A DNA stretch of 63,163 nucleotides, filler included, from Squatina squatina (GCA_031763465.1; 3 parts of 3 records of this genome joined end to end with filler, not necessarily neighbours in it); one strand, 5' to 3'; shown: positions 28,680-43,587, numbered from the whole stretch's first letter. Notes: generated from the sequence alone by a model not told the origin. Translations and numbers: made by a program.

Positions 28680-28790
28680 TTTTTTTTATTCGTTCCTGGG
28701 ATGTGGGCCTCGCTGGCAAGGGCCAGCATTTATTGCCCATCCCTAGATACCTTTGAGGAGGTGGTGATGAGCCGCCTTCTTGAACCGCTG
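28680..28790 (-). mobile_element. LINE 3' end, same family as 13150-13322
   Basis: gatgtgggc...ggccagcatttattgcccatccct...ggtggtgatgagccgccttcttgaacc. Confidence 0.75.
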
Positions 28791-29949
28791 GCTGGATACG
28801 GTTCCATGGGCACCAGCAAACCTGTGGTACCTCAACCACACAGCCTAGATAGCAGGGCATTCCAAGCATCAAGGCTGAGCTCAATCCTGCCTGCTCCTGA
28901 CATCCCTGGATATCAGTCAGTGAGAAACCAGACTGACTTTTATTCCCATTGCAATACCCACATTACTGCCTAACTGACATCTGCTGACTCAGCACACAGC
29001 AGGGATCGTATTTGGAACCTTCTGGTCTGTAATGCAGATAATTCCTAACAAACAGAAACACTCGACTTGTAACATGATAAGTCCTGCACATCATACAAAA
29101 CCTGGACCAGTCACGTAGTCTTGGAACTCCAGCACTGCTGTTGCAGATTTATTAAAACATTTCTGAAATTCTGTCTTGAGATGCCTTGTGTGCACTTCTT
29201 CCAAAAGAAAATGCCTTCAATTACATTGTGCATGTTTTCTCAAGGATTACACCTGATATGCACAAGATTATTGGTACGGTACCAAATCGGAACCATCAGG
29301 TACTTTAAATATATAAAACTGAACAGCAAATTGGCATTTTTTGATTGTGGGGATAAAGTAGTTTGACTTAAATCCATCCAAAATTATGCATTTATTTTTT
29401 ACATATCACATTCAATATACATGTTTTAACTCTGTTCCACCATTGCAATATTCAATTTGTACTCTTACTCAAACGGATAACTCCAGCTGTTGCTATTTTC
29501 AAGTGCAGCAAGCTGAGTCTAATTGAGGGTGACGTATGACAGAATACTCTGAACAGTTTAAACCAGTCATGACTGAAGCTGCTGACAGAGCCTAAATGGT
29601 GCATGGCAGTAGGTCTTGCCCTGGCCTTGCATGCCAGCATTAGTACAGACTGCCTGTCAGGAGACATCATGAGGTGCAAATAGACCAGAGTCAGTTTTTA
29701 AATTTTCCTCCATTCGTTTCATCAGCCATTCATTTCGATAGTTACATGTCAAATGAGGCTCATTAACCTTTATAAATCACAGAATAGCACTTCAACAAAT
29801 GAGTCAAATTTAGGATTTTCAGTTTTCCTCAAATAAAGCAATATCTAAATAGTTGGATTCTTATTAAAATACCCATATTCTCCAAGGTGAAACAATATTT
29901 AGGTTTAATGTCTGCTGTCCAGTTCACATCACATTACAGGATGCAAAAA

Positions 29950-30033
29950 GAGTTCCAGGGGATATAGACAGGCTAAGTGAGTGGGCAAGAACATGGCAAA
30001 TGGAATATAATGTGGAAAAATGTGAAGTTATCC
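29950..30033 (+). mobile_element. CR1 RT fragment
   Basis: DIDRLSEWARTWQMEYNVEKCEVI. Confidence 0.8.
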
Positions 30034-31574
30034 NNNNNNNNNNNNNNNNNNNNNNNNNNNNNNNNNNNNNNNNNNNNNNNNNNNNNNNNNNNNNNNNNNN
30101 NNNNNNNNNNNNNNNNNNNNNNNNNNNNNNNNNGTGTATACTACGAGCTTTGCCAGGCAGCTCTCTGAACTGATTTATTTACACACATGCCACGATTGTG
30201 CTTTAGTGAGGATATGATCGCTTGGCCTGATGCCAAGGTTATGTAATTAATCAGAACTTGACTTTTAATTGACGAGATAGGTAGGTAAAACTGCAGGATG
30301 TCTGGGAGGGCATTGCACTATATTTCAAGTTCTTCATTCAAAGTAGCCCAATGCAGGAATTGATCAGGTGAGTGTTATACATGTTTGTAATTATGTGGGA
30401 TGTATGCTGGCAAGAGTATACCAGTGTAGCCTTATTTGTGCTTCTCCAGTTTGACGTTTTTTTCATAAAGACATTGAATTATACAGAATAGCACAGAAAC
30501 AGGCCATTCGGCCCAACTGGTCCGGTGTTTACGCTCCAACAAGCCTGCTCCACCCTCTTCATCTAACCTTCATGCATGAGATTGAAGGTAAAGTAAGCAA
30601 CAAAGTCAAAATTTAAACAAAGAAAAAAAATAGACTTTTAGAAGACTGGGTTTGAACTTTATTCTGACTGGCAACAATTTCTGTTCATTTATTTTCCAAA
30701 AATCAGCAGCAACGAACACTAAATTTAAATCAAAAATTGCACGGCCACAGCAACTGCTTCTGTAGCTGCAGTCCGTGCTACAATTCGAAAACAGAGTCGA
30801 CTCCGTTGGCAATTTCAACTAAATGGCTGTCACTTGCAGCTTGCTGGCTGCCAACTTTGAGGTCTGCCATACAGCAATAAAGACCTTTTACTGTAGAAAA
30901 CAAAAGCTCCATTCACAGAAAGGGCTGTTGCACAAATAAGGGAGCAGAGTACACACACTTACTGCTGTGAGGGCTGGGCTCCTCATAAAAATAACGAGTG
31001 ACTTCGGACTGCAGTGCCCCTGAGCAAGAGCCAGCTACAACTTCAAAACTTGTGCCAAGTGGAATGTTGAGTGGACAGAGAGCCAAACAAATAGGAAACA
31101 GATTTCCGAATTCCAACTGCCAGCAGGGAACCTCACCCACCTGGGGAACATACAGGAAACTAAAACAAACAGATAGATAATTGTGTGCAGCGGTGCCTGA
31201 CTTTCTGATGCTGTAGCTAAAGCTAAATATAAAATGGAGGTTAAAGAAGAGGCTTCCAACCTTATTATAATGTTTAAATAGACAGCCCGCTTCTTGGCAG
31301 CAGGTTGGCTGCCTGCCCGCATCCCACCTCCCATCCCACCTCCATCAAAAGTGGAAGTGGGTAGGNNNNNNNNNNNNNNNNNNNNNNNNNNNNNNNNNNN
31401 NNNNNNNNNNNNNNNNNNNNNNNNNNNNNNNNNNNNNNNNNNNNNNNNNNNNNNNNNNNNNNNNNCACTGTTACTATGTAAACAAATGTCAGTCAGCCAA
31501 TCTGCAGACAGCAAGATCCCAAAAATAGCAAATGAGGTCAAGAACCAGCTCATCGGTTTTTGATGGTATTAGCT

Positions 31575-31765
31575 AAGGAAAGAATGTTGGTAGGAGGCCA
31601 GGAGAACTCCTTGTTCTTTGACTAATGCCATGCAATCTTTTAGATGAGCACATAAAGGTAGATGAGTTTGCAGTACAAGGTCTCGTCCACACTGAAGTCT
31701 GTAGCAGGGCTTGAACACACAATCCTCTGACTCAGAGGCAGGAGGGGCACCAACTGAGCCAAGAT
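31575..31765 (-). mobile_element. tRNA-head/Deu-domain SINE
   Basis: Reverse strand ttggctcagttggtg...ctctgagtcagaggattgtgtgttcaagccc (A/B boxes), then a Deu-like core. Confidence 0.65.
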
Positions 31766-34700
31766 AACAGAAGTTCACACAAATCTTCTAACTGTTTCCA
31801 AATCTACCTATTTCATAATACAGTATATTAAAAATCCAACACCTGCATGCAGTTCCTGTCTGCACCACTTGATGGCCTGTTGTCACATTTGTTAAATTCT
31901 TTGTGGTAACCTTTTTCCCTTATAAAGTCCCAGGTCCACATTTATTATTACGAAAAATATCCATGTAAACTTATTGCTCGATTTTGCCACCAGGTTCTCA
32001 AAAATGTTATTCTGAATCTTAACTAAAATCATAAACAAAGCATCTTGGATGGAATGAGATAGGAAGGTCAGGTGTGGGGAGGGGCAGGGAGGATATATAA
32101 TATCTATTTTTTGATGACTGTATGACCCATTCATTTTTCTAGATTTACACAAATTACACCTAAGTGGGTGAATCGTAAGATAAATATTGGTGTCAAAGTC
32201 CATTCAGCTCACTTAAATCCATCCAGAAAAACAGTGCCATCGCAACGGCCAACTGTCTCAAATAATTCCAAATAGCAAACTGATCCTGGACCTCCACTGC
32301 TGCAATTCTGATCACCCCAGTGGTAGCTATATGATAACAGCCAGAGGATGACTCTCCTGCTGATTTCCCTAGCCTACCCTAGAACCTTATAATTGAGCAA
32401 GGAAGGATCTGTTTGTATCCACAGTATAACATGGTTGAGATCAGGAACTTGAACAGTGTGGGAGATTTCCGTGCAAGCTCATATCACAATGACCTGTTTA
32501 GTGTGGTAGTTATGTTGCTACATTGCTATGTAATAGTTATGTTCATATAATTCTTCCTTTTTGAAAGAGTAGCTAAAGGTTTTGTAGTTAAAGGGGGAAA
32601 GTATTCTGACGGTCTAATCTTCATGTGTAAGTGCATTCAACATCATAAATTTCTAGCACTATAATCATCCAGTTTTGTAACTAGTTAACATCCATTTGTT
32701 AATACACCCAATATGTTCATGCAAATATTGTTGAACATTAAAGGTGACAATAAAACATATAATATGTTAAAAATAAATTAATTCAGAATGTCAATTACCT
32801 CTTTAAAACTATTGTAGTGAAGTTTGTTCTGCACAGTGAGAACTGCAGTCTCATTATAAGCCTGGAGGTTACAATTAAACACCCAGCATGACTAACACAG
32901 GCTCCAATTACAATTATTAAAAAAGATTTTTTCTCCACAATTATCTTAGAAAAGAAAGACTTCAAATCATAACTAAAAAGCACATGGAGCAGCCTAAATG
33001 CAAAATTNNNNNNNNNNNNNNNNNNNNNNNNNNNNNNNNNNNNNNNNNNNNNNNNNNNNNNNNNNNNNNNNNNNNNNNNNNNNNNNNNNNNNNNNNNNNN
33101 NNNNNNNCCCAATCTAAATGCAGCACCAGATTTGGGTTGTCTCTATTTGTTTTGACCCACCCAAGTTTCTCCCCAGGGCTCAATTCTCCCTCCTGAAAGA
33201 CTGCATTGACCACAGCATATTCTCTGTTAACTAGACAAAGTCTGCACTATTGCAACACTGGTTTCTTTGTAAGCATATAGAAAATAACCCAGTGACATTA
33301 CACAAAGATAGTAATTATTGAATTACACAGCCTGTCACTGTCGTTTGTGTCACACCTCTAACAGGTGCCATTAACAGAACTGCCAAATTATAATAATCTT
33401 TTCTAGCCCTCTGTGGTCCTAATAATGCCTTTTTCCTGCCCACATAATCAATGTGTGAACAGTAAACCATTTATATTGTTACTAAATATAGTGAACTGAA
33501 AGCTTTGACTTGTAGCTTGTTAAGATTGAAGAGCATTTACTATAACATTTACCATAAAAATGGTTTACAGTGCAGGATAATAACATACATTACGAAGCAC
33601 TTAATATCAACAGCAAGAGGTGGAACATGAACATCAGTTGCAGTTANNNNNNNNNNNNNNNNNTATTTCCAATATAAAATCGCTCAAATAATTTATTTTA
33701 TGGAACCGTAGTATATTATGTAGTCCATGTTCTCATGTGAAAGGGATTCTTATTTTATTTCAAATTTAAGTGTATGCATTAAAAGATACAAAAAACCATT
33801 GAATAGAATTTATTATTTTAAGCTACATTTTCAGCTTAAAATCATATAAAGCTCAAACATATTACTTAGAAAATAGCAAATCACGTACCAATTGGGGCTT
33901 TAGTCCTTTGCATCTTCTATATATTTGCATTTACCGGAAGAGAAATAATGTGCACTGCCAGTTTAAATTTCAAGTTAATTGGCATTTTTCTTTTAATTGT
34001 GGTTTTAATTTACTTTAATTCAAAATTAGATTTCACTATGACACATCACAAAGAACAAATATATCCTAAATGTTGGACAGCATTCCTCAGTCTACAATAG
34101 GTAAAATATATTTTCCATAAACAATTATTGTAGAGTGAGGTGTGTGCGCGTACACATGTGTGTGTAAAAATTCACATAAAATGTACTTTCTCCTCCATGA
34201 CACACTCATTCTTTTGAAATTTGACCCAGTAAAGCAATATGCTATAAAGTGTTGAACAGTGTAAAAACAGGCTACAATAAAACTTTAAGGTTATGAATGT
34301 CAGACACACTCATTAATCATTTACTCTATGCAAACATTATTCTATGATCAGTCTCCCAATAAAATATTGCTCAGATCTGCAGCATGTTGTCAAGGTTTGG
34401 TGGGGGGGGAAAAAGGGGGAAACTGTGGAGGGGGGAAAATGTCAAAAACAAATGTATAATTTTCTTAACGTTTTGCAAAGGTGAACCACAGTGCTGCTTT
34501 TGCACAATAAACGGTAAAATTTATGCCACACTGTTTCTAATTATACTCGCTTAGTCTACTGTTCTATTTTTACTAAATTATTAATTTACCTCATTGTTTA
34601 AAAGAACTAACATGACAGTCCTGCTTCTTTTGATAATGATGCATTGATGGCAAATATCTCTAATTCTTTTGGTATAAGCAGAGACATAATAGGCTGCTGA

Positions 34701-37700
34701 TTTCCATTTTTAAAATAATCATCATTCCTGATAATGTTAAGTTTCAGTTTATTTTAGTAAAACCATAACTAACCTTTTCCCAAAAACGGGGCAAATTTTA
34801 AATAGACCAGAGAAGAGACAATCATCTTAATGGGTTGATGTAAAATTTTAAATGTTTACTATAAAATGAAAAATCTTTTTTTTTTTTATTAAATAGAACA
34901 GTGACAATTCCATGTCTCTCAATCAAATTCATTCCTCCACAACAATCTATTAAAAACACGTTTTATTATTGTAGTAGTGAGATTTAAAGTCTCAACTAAC
35001 AATATTTATGCTAGGCAACTGAATGATATTAAATTAAGATTATGTACAAATAAAAGATAAACTTTTAAACTCAACTTCTCCTTCCATGTTTATTCAAGTA
35101 AATTACTAAATGTACAGTTGGTAAACAGTATTTTAAAAACTAAAACATTAACGGTAAACCCTGTATTGTCTGCTCCAGATTTTTTTTCATTTAAGATTTG
35201 AAACTATTGACTAGATTACTATTGAATTATTATAACCCTGTTCGATTATGCACTAGTCAAGTAGACAGGAAAGATGCTAGAGGAAGGACCAACATTTATC
35301 AACAGCTCAAGAGCGCAGCCTATCTGTGTTAGCCCATCTACGTCATTTTAACTTCAAACTCGGAGAAACCATCCATTTCTTAGCATTTGATCCAGCAGGA
35401 ATATCTATTACAGATTCTGAATACTTTTCATTTCTATAATTTATCTACATATTATTAATCCATCCAATAAATAAATCAATAACTTTTCACTTGCACGTAG
35501 AGTTGAACAACATCCTCTACTTGCACAGTTTCTCGGTGACAATGCCTTGATTGGAACTTCACCTCTTAACAAATCTGTCAGCTCTTCAAAGTTCCACAAA
35601 GAAAACTTCCTGGAGTACCACTTCTGCCCTTTGTTTTCCATTTCCTTCTGAAGACTTTATTAAACAAAATTTAGGCTACGCTTGGAGTGTCACACAACGG
35701 TCACCACATCTGTTGTTTCCCTACCAGTAACTCTAAGCAAAGATAATGATTTTTGTGCATTTTGTACAATTCACAAAACAATCGCCATTAAAGTACCTGA
35801 TCATGAATGAGGATTGACTGCCACCATTTTAAAAATAAAAACAAGCAACAGCTAAACTGCTAGCTTTGGTAATGCGGCCTATTTTCAAGATAACTCAAAA
35901 TAACCCTCAATACGCTGGAGAATAATCATTAGAAATAACTACATATCCCTGAAAGTTCTAGATTACATCTTAATTGTCAACTCTATCAAATGTATTAGTT
36001 ATAAATAGGATTACTTTTTATTCACTACGTTGCATGNNNNNNNNNNNNNNNNNNNNNNNNNNNNNNNNNNNNNNNNNNNNNNNNNNNNNNNNNNNNNNNN
36101 NNNNNNNNNNNNNNNNNNNNNNNNNNNNNNNNNNNNNNNNNNNNNNNNNNNNNNNNNNNNNNNNNNNNNNNNNNNNNNNNNNNNNNNNNNNNNNNNNNNN
36201 NNNNNNNNNNNNNNNNNNNNNNNNNNNNNNNNNNNNNNNNNNNNNNNNNNNNNNNNNNNNNNNNNNNNNNNNNNNNNNNNNNNNNNNNNNNNNNNNNNNN
36301 NNNNNNNNNNNNNNNNNNNNNNNNNNNNNNNNNNNNNNNNNNNNNNNNNNNNNNNNNNNNNNNNNNNNNNNNNNNNNNNNNNNNNNNNNNNNNNNNNNNN
36401 NNNNNNNNNNNNNNNNNNNNNNNNNNNNNNNNNNNNNNNNNNNNNNNNNNNNNNNNNNNNNNNNNNNNNNNNNNNNNNNNNNNNNNNNNNNNNNNNNNNN
36501 NNNNNNNNNNNNNNNNNNNNNNNNNNNNNNNNNNNNNNNNNNNNNNNNNNNNNNNNNNNNNNNNNNNNNNNNNNNNNNNNNNNNNNNNNNNNNNNNNNNN
36601 NNNNNNNNNNNNNNNNNNNNNNNNNNNNNNNNNNNNNNNNNNNNNNNNNNNNNNNNNNNNNTATTTTTATATTAAACTAGACACTTTCTCAGTTTATATT
36701 CCACTAGTCCATTTCTGTTTGTATTACACTTGATCATGTCTCTGTTTATATTACACTAGACCCTGTATCTATTTAAGTTACACTGTTTTTTGAAATATAT
36801 ATCCCTGTACTTCCTCTCTACAATGTTCACAAAATTTTAATGTATTGATTGCTATCCTCAAGTTACATGTCAACTAAAAAGTAAGCAAAACAAAAGTGAA
36901 ATAGTAAACTGTATAGTGTACACTTGTGGAGGAAATGCAAATGTTCAAGCCAAATTTTCATTTACTCTGTACTTACAATGCAAATATTTTGTTTCTCACT
37001 TCTTTGGTTATTAAATACATCAACTTGGAATGACAGTATACATTGGCAAAAAAACAAATTCTTTCATTGATGAGGTTTGTACATCTGTAAATTTTCAATT
37101 TGTAAACCTATCGCATTTTTAAAAAATTGCTGTGTGTTTGAAACACACATCATAATACCTAAAGCCATGGAATGATCGTTTCTTTTAATATGAATAATTT
37201 CTCTGCAAAGGTATTCAAAAACATGTAGGTTTAAAAAAAAATCAAACATTAAGAAATAAATTTTACTTTTTGGAAAAAAGCAACTTTTAAACCATTTTCT
37301 TTCTTGGCCTAAAATGGTGCTCAGCTGTCACAAGGCTTGGCGACATCTGTTTTTCCTAATTACCAATAGCCTCTTCTTTTTGAGGAGTTTTTCCAAAGAA
37401 AACCAAATACAAACTATTGAATTTNNNNNNNNNNNNNNNNNNNNNNNNNNNNNNNNNNNNNNNTCATGATGAAGATCACTGCATGTTGAGCCGGTCATTG
37501 TGCAGACTGTGTGCTTTGTTTGGGGCATAAATTGGGGTTTGGGCCTTAGCTACCGTAGTTCAAGCGTAAAAATACTTTGCCCATCACACCGTATACTGTT
37601 GCCAGCGACCCTCTAAATCCTTGAACCAACTGTGTCCTTTAGTGTCACAACAGATAATGCTGATTTATTACAATGTGTGAGTTTCTACTGATTAAAATAA

Positions 37701-40700
37701 GCCACAAGCACGTGGTACTGGAATTAGCACATTTAGAAGTCTGTTTCCCACATCCTATTTTGCGCTAGTGCGGCTGATCCCTGCAATTCTACGCGGGTGC
37801 AATTTTAATGACTGCTACGTTTTTGATGTTACGATGAAAAACGCTGCTAGGTGTTTGTGGCAGCACTAGATACCNNNNNNNNNNCCTGACAAGGCTCGAT
37901 TAGGGAAAAAATTATTATTACATTCACTTTTTTCAGACAGGCTAGCGAGATAAACAGGAGAGCGCCTTAGGGAGGAAAAAAGGTGAAGATATGAGAAAAG
38001 CAAATAAAAAAAAATCTTCGAAGCAAACTATTTAATTAGTAAAAAAAAAATCTAGAATAATTTACTAATATTTCACCATTTTCATGTGGATTCATTTTCC
38101 TTGCTCGTTACCATGCTTTCATTGCTCCTAAATTCCAGATTTTGTAATGTTGTATTTTAGATTTATTTCGCCTCTTTATAATGATTACATTTTTTTTAAG
38201 CACTGTCCATATTTCAAATACACAGCAAGATGAAATGNNNNNNNNNNNNNNNNNNNNNNNNNNNNNNNNNNNNNNNNNNNNNNNNNNNNNNNNNNNNNTG
38301 AGGAGCTAGCACTGGCATAGGAATGATGGGCCAAATGGCCTTCTGTGCTGAGATTTCTACAATTGTACAATTTTTGTGAGAGCTGAAATATGATCAGTTT
38401 GTTCTTCATTTGGACAATTAACAGTTTCCTATTTGCACAACCAAAAAAAGACACTAAGATTTATTAGAAGTGAAATTTTATTGTTGTTGAGTGTGTATGT
38501 CATAAGTGTTCATTGTATTTTTCTGGTGCATTCACCTGTCAACATTGAACTCAGGAGAAAGATACTACAGAAAGCAGCTCATCTAAGTTCAAAGTAATAT
38601 TGGAAGAGAATTATCAGCTGGAGTTGGCAAAGGTGCTTTTAACAAACTGGACAAAATGAAGAAATAGTAAACTACAGTAACATTTTATCCATCCTACTGT
38701 ACAGCACTGAAACCTTGCCAATAACTACAGGGAAGGAACTGAATTATAAAGATTTTGGGTTCATTTTCTAAGTAGCTTTGCCGTGACCATTAAGTTAACA
38801 ATCCCACGTGTTACTTTTGCAAAATACCCAGTTTTGAACACGTTTCTAATGTAAAATGCTCAGGAAAACAGGATTTAATTTCACTTTCAAATTTATGCCA
38901 AGGCACTAAATTTTCTGATTCTCCAACAATCAGATTCAGCAGTTTCATAACAATCTTAATTGCCACTGCATGACAATGTTTAACAAACTGAAAAATAAAC
39001 AGCAGTGAAAACCATCAAATGTTAAGCAGTTGGTGCTTGCAATTCTGATGTAACATTCAGCTCATTAAAAACTGCACTTCAATGCTTCAGGAGAAAAAAA
39101 AGCCTCTCAATTGAGTTATTGGCACCTTTGATTGACATAGCCTAATCAGCTTATCTGCACATTAATAAAGCTGATGGCCTGCAGAGTTGGTCTTGTACCC
39201 AACCTCAATGAACTTCCAGAAGCAAAAGCCTCTAGGGCCAGCCTAATAGCACCAGAAGCCATTTACTGCTGAATGCTTCCAGAAAGACACGAGCAGCATT
39301 GACATGGCTCAAATGTGAAAACCATTCCATTTGTTTTGAGAGATTTTTATTTCCTGCAATAAAATGTTTTTCCTACTCAGATCATGACCTTTTAATGTTA
39401 AGTGTCCCTAAAATATTTCACATAATGCCACATTTAATTTTCAGCCTTAAATACGAACATTTATTCCATGAACACAATTTTCAGTCACCTGCAATGACAT
39501 TTCTAGTAATACATAATACACCATATTATAGGTGTAGANNNNNNNNNNNNNNNNNNNNNNNNNNNNNNNNNNNNNNNNNNNNNNNNNNNNNNNNNNNNNN
39601 NNNNNNNNNNNNNNNNNNNNNNNNNNNNNNNNNNNNNNNNNNNNNNNNNNNNNNNNNNNNNNNNNNNNNNNNNNNNNNNNNNNNNNNNNNNNNNNNNNNN
39701 NNNNNNNNNNNNNNNNNNNNNNNNNNNNNNNNNNNNNNNNNNNNNNNNNNNNNNNNNNNNNNNNNNNNNNNNNNNNNNNNNNNNNNNNNNNNNNNNNNNN
39801 NNNNNNNNNNNNNNNNNNNNNNNNNNNNNNNNNNNNNNNNNNNNNNNNNNNNNNNNNNNNNNNNNNNNNNNNNNNNNNNNNNNNNNNNNNNNNNNNNNNN
39901 NNNNNNNNNNNNNNNNNNNNNNNNNNNNNNNNNNNNNNNNNNNNNNNNNNNNNNNNNNNNNNGTTCTACTAATGTCCAGGTGTCATTTGATTAGACTTTG
40001 TAGTATGCGTAATTTTAAAGAAAAACTATAATTCTAATTAATACAATGTTGCAATTTTGCTTTAGTTATCCTGCCATTTTACTTTTTTCAGCTTCTCTGC
40101 CATTGACCATTTCCCAACTAAGTCGGTGGACAAGTGCCCTGCTCCCAGACCTCTCTTGCATAAGTCACTAGGAAGTGCACGCGAGTGGTCCTGGAGAGCC
40201 CTCCCCTCATCATACCCAGATCCCTGTGGGGAAACTAACCCCTGCTCAATAACAAAACAATCTCATTCTCTATTACATATACTACCTATTTTTCGACCAC
40301 AAAAAAAATGGTCCAACTGCACCAGTCTATGATGCTGTATATCTTCAAGCCTGTTTTCCCATGCAATCACCACGCCACTTGTGAACTTCAACCTTCATTG
40401 GGTGAAGAAAAATACTAGCACAAAACAGCAGCCACCAATTGGCATGTCATTTATACTAGCTTTAGCAATGGATGCAGGACACTGCCTGAAATAGACAGAA
40501 ATTGTATTATTTTTTTAAATCAAGAATGAAGAGGTTAGTGGAGGAATACATGGCTGAAATTGAATCTCAGGGTTCTGACATGATCGGAACCCCTCGACTC
40601 GATCGCTGACTTTTATCAGACCGTCAACCATCTATGAGCCTAGGTACAGAAGTGTCACATCTCTCCAAAACAGGGTAATTGATTTCTCAGTAAAACTAAC

Positions 40701-41904
40701 CCCTTATTATCCAAAGTCTAGGATAATTGAATGCTTGCAAAACACCAGCATCTAGTCACATAACACAGCCACGCAGAAAACGCAGTGAACACAGTGACAA
40801 CTGCAAGGAGCAGTAATAGAAGAAGATGCAAACTTCAGCAGGAAAATTCCAAAAGAAAAGCTCCAAAAAAGGCAAAATAAAAACTTGTTTTATGGTTGGG
40901 AGCTGTTGAAGGCTTTTATAAAATAATCTGTCAAAATAACCTCAATACAGATCAGAAATGACTTATTCTCCATATTAAACATTTAAAAGAGCTACTTCTG
41001 TTTAATAGTGTGTTTGATAAATGTTAAATTATCAGTGTGGTTTTTTTTTGGTGTGCTTAACCAAGAAAAGTTGCTGGTGTTAGATCATGTTTTTCTTTCC
41101 TAGCCAATATTTTCCCCTTATCTCTTGCAGGCGCCAAGTCTTTGCTCGGTTGCACCTCCACGCATGCCACCCGTCCTCCAATATTTTGTCAAATACCCAA
41201 ACTACCATTATTCAAATGCACGCCTTGATGATGTGCGTCAGTCTGTTATTTCACTATAGGGCCCTCTCAGCGGAGCTCAATACTATCTACATATACAAGT
41301 TTCTAGTAGGGGCTGGTGGATAGCAATTAGGGGCAGAAATTCTGGCTGATGGTTAGCTCCCAGACACCAATTGTAGCATCCCTATTGCTGACCCAACTAA
41401 GATTGGCTAATGCAATATAATTTGGGGATTAAACATAGAACCTTTCTGGTCTGTATATCTCAGCTACTTAGTTATAAAATATGGTGGACACAAAAGTATT
41501 ACTCACCATGTCAAAATAAGATGACAAAATGGTTGGCATTTAGAACTCTATTGACTTGTACACAAACAAAAAAGATATTAATAGATCTCTCTACTTTTAT
41601 ATCACTCTTGTTTAGTTTAATCCAGCATGTAAAAAAAATCATCCAGCCTGCTCTTTATTCATTTAATTGCGTTGGCAACAGTACATACTTTTGCTCGACA
41701 TCTGGAGCTTGCCATTGTTTGGAATGACCCCCAAAAGCTTTATGAATTTTTTGTTTATTGTCTGCAAACACTCTCCCTGCCTATTCCCCATTTGAACATT
41801 TCTGACAAGCCTGCTGCCTGTTTTTTTTTTCCCTCTCCCATAAGATAGCATGACTAAGGGTGGGGACGATGTTTGGAGAGGCAACACCATCTACTGGAAA
41901 GTAG

Positions 41905-42005
41905 AAAGAACTTACAACTCAGGATGTCCCAAAGCGTTTTACAGCCAATGAAGTAGCTGTGAAGTGTAGTCACTGTTGTAATGTGGGAAACGCGGCAGCT
42001 AATTC
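41905..42005 (-). mobile_element. DeuSINE (SacSINE1-like) 3' part
   Basis: Reverse strand gctgccgcgtttcccacattacaacagtgactacacttc...ttcattggctgtaaaacgctttgggacatcctgag. Confidence 0.75.
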
Positions 42006-43587
42006 GCTTCTTATTGGCTGAGGAAGCGAGAACCCCCAGTGCGGGAAGTTCCCAGCCCTGGCCTTACTCTGTCTGACATGGTCCTGCTTCCAAGGGTGGG
42101 CAGAGGCTCTGCTCCTTACGAGGTCGAGCGGGACTTCTCAACTGAGTTCGGGAGCTGGTGTCTGCGGGTCCCAGCTTTTTCCCCGAGCTGTTCCACTGGA
42201 CTCTGGCCAGAATTACCGTAGACCCCATGGAAGTTCCGCCCTAACATCTGCTGGCTACAGTCCAGTTGGTCCCCCTGGCAACGGTGGGCTTGGGAGGCAG
42301 ATGATTGTGGAAAATGTCTCCTAAAAGGGGCAGCAGTGAGTCACGTTAGTATCGTTATCATTGGAATTGGCTTACAACAAACCCTGGGACTTGAATTTTA
42401 TAAAAACCGAACAAGATTGGGTATAATAAGTAATTGGGCTCTGCGTTCCAACTCCTCAGCTTGCTAATGGTTTCTGCAGTGCTAGTCACTGCGTAATGTT
42501 ATATTACTTAAGCAGCTGTTTCTGATTTACTTCATCTTATGAAACACTTGTGGCAAATCACGAGATCCCCTCAAACACCATTCCATGGGATTAAATACAG
42601 CAAAAACTATTTCAATGAAAACATACACTTCGAGCTAATCAAAGTCTCCCCCCCACAACCCCCCACCACTCCTCCGGCCTAATTCAACAGATTCAATGGC
42701 CCAAACCACTTCCCGNNNNNNNNNNNNNNNNNNNNNNNNNNNNNNNNNNNNNNNNNNNNNNNNNNNNNNNNNNNNNNNNNNNNNNNNNNNNNNNNNNNNN
42801 NNNNNNNNNNNNNNNCTATTCTCTTTTTGTTCATCTTTTAATGTCTCTCAATAGGACTTCTCATCTGAATCTCTCTCTTCTGCTGCTAAGATGAATTTGA
42901 GGACTTATTTTGAGTACAGTGCTGGAGAACTGCTCCAACTGGCCTCAAGCTCAAATTATACCATTTCTTAGCTTCCATTCAAAACAAAACGCTACACATG
43001 AATGGAATGCACATAAAACTATTTTATTTCTGAGAAGTTTAACCTGAAAACCATGAATAGATGGCTCAGTAGTGAATGCCTGTACAAAAATACATCACCT
43101 TCGAAAGCCAGTGTATAATGCACAAAGCCCAAATTTGCAGTCCAAAGTCACCGAGTGATTTATTTTTGCATTATCCAGTCTTTGGATTGATTATTGTGCG
43201 CATACATACACTTGAAAGGCAATTTAAAGTTTTTTTCTGTGCAAGAATTATAACAAAAGGTGCAAGCTTATAAATGTGANNNNNNNNNNGTGTACAAAAA
43301 TAGAGTGAATTTTTGTTTCTCTAAATACGTTGTTTACACAGTAATTATATTCCAACTGAGTATTATTCAGATATATAATCGATATAGAAACCTTGAGAGT
43401 TGTTTTAGTGGATATCATGCTTTCAAGTTTGGAGAGGAGCACAAACAAACACCCAATCGCCTTTCCAATATATAAACCACATCTGTAGCTGCTGTCTTTC
43501 CCCCCTTTGAAGTACACCAGAAATGTCATGTGTCGTGAACACTACTGTGCATAAGCCAGATAATTTGCTTACTCTCAAAAACCTTAC

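Noticed and set aside
35974-36680. Long ORFs spanning N runs (also 39299, 44011, 59441, 61578)
   Set aside because: Their length is due to unknown bases.
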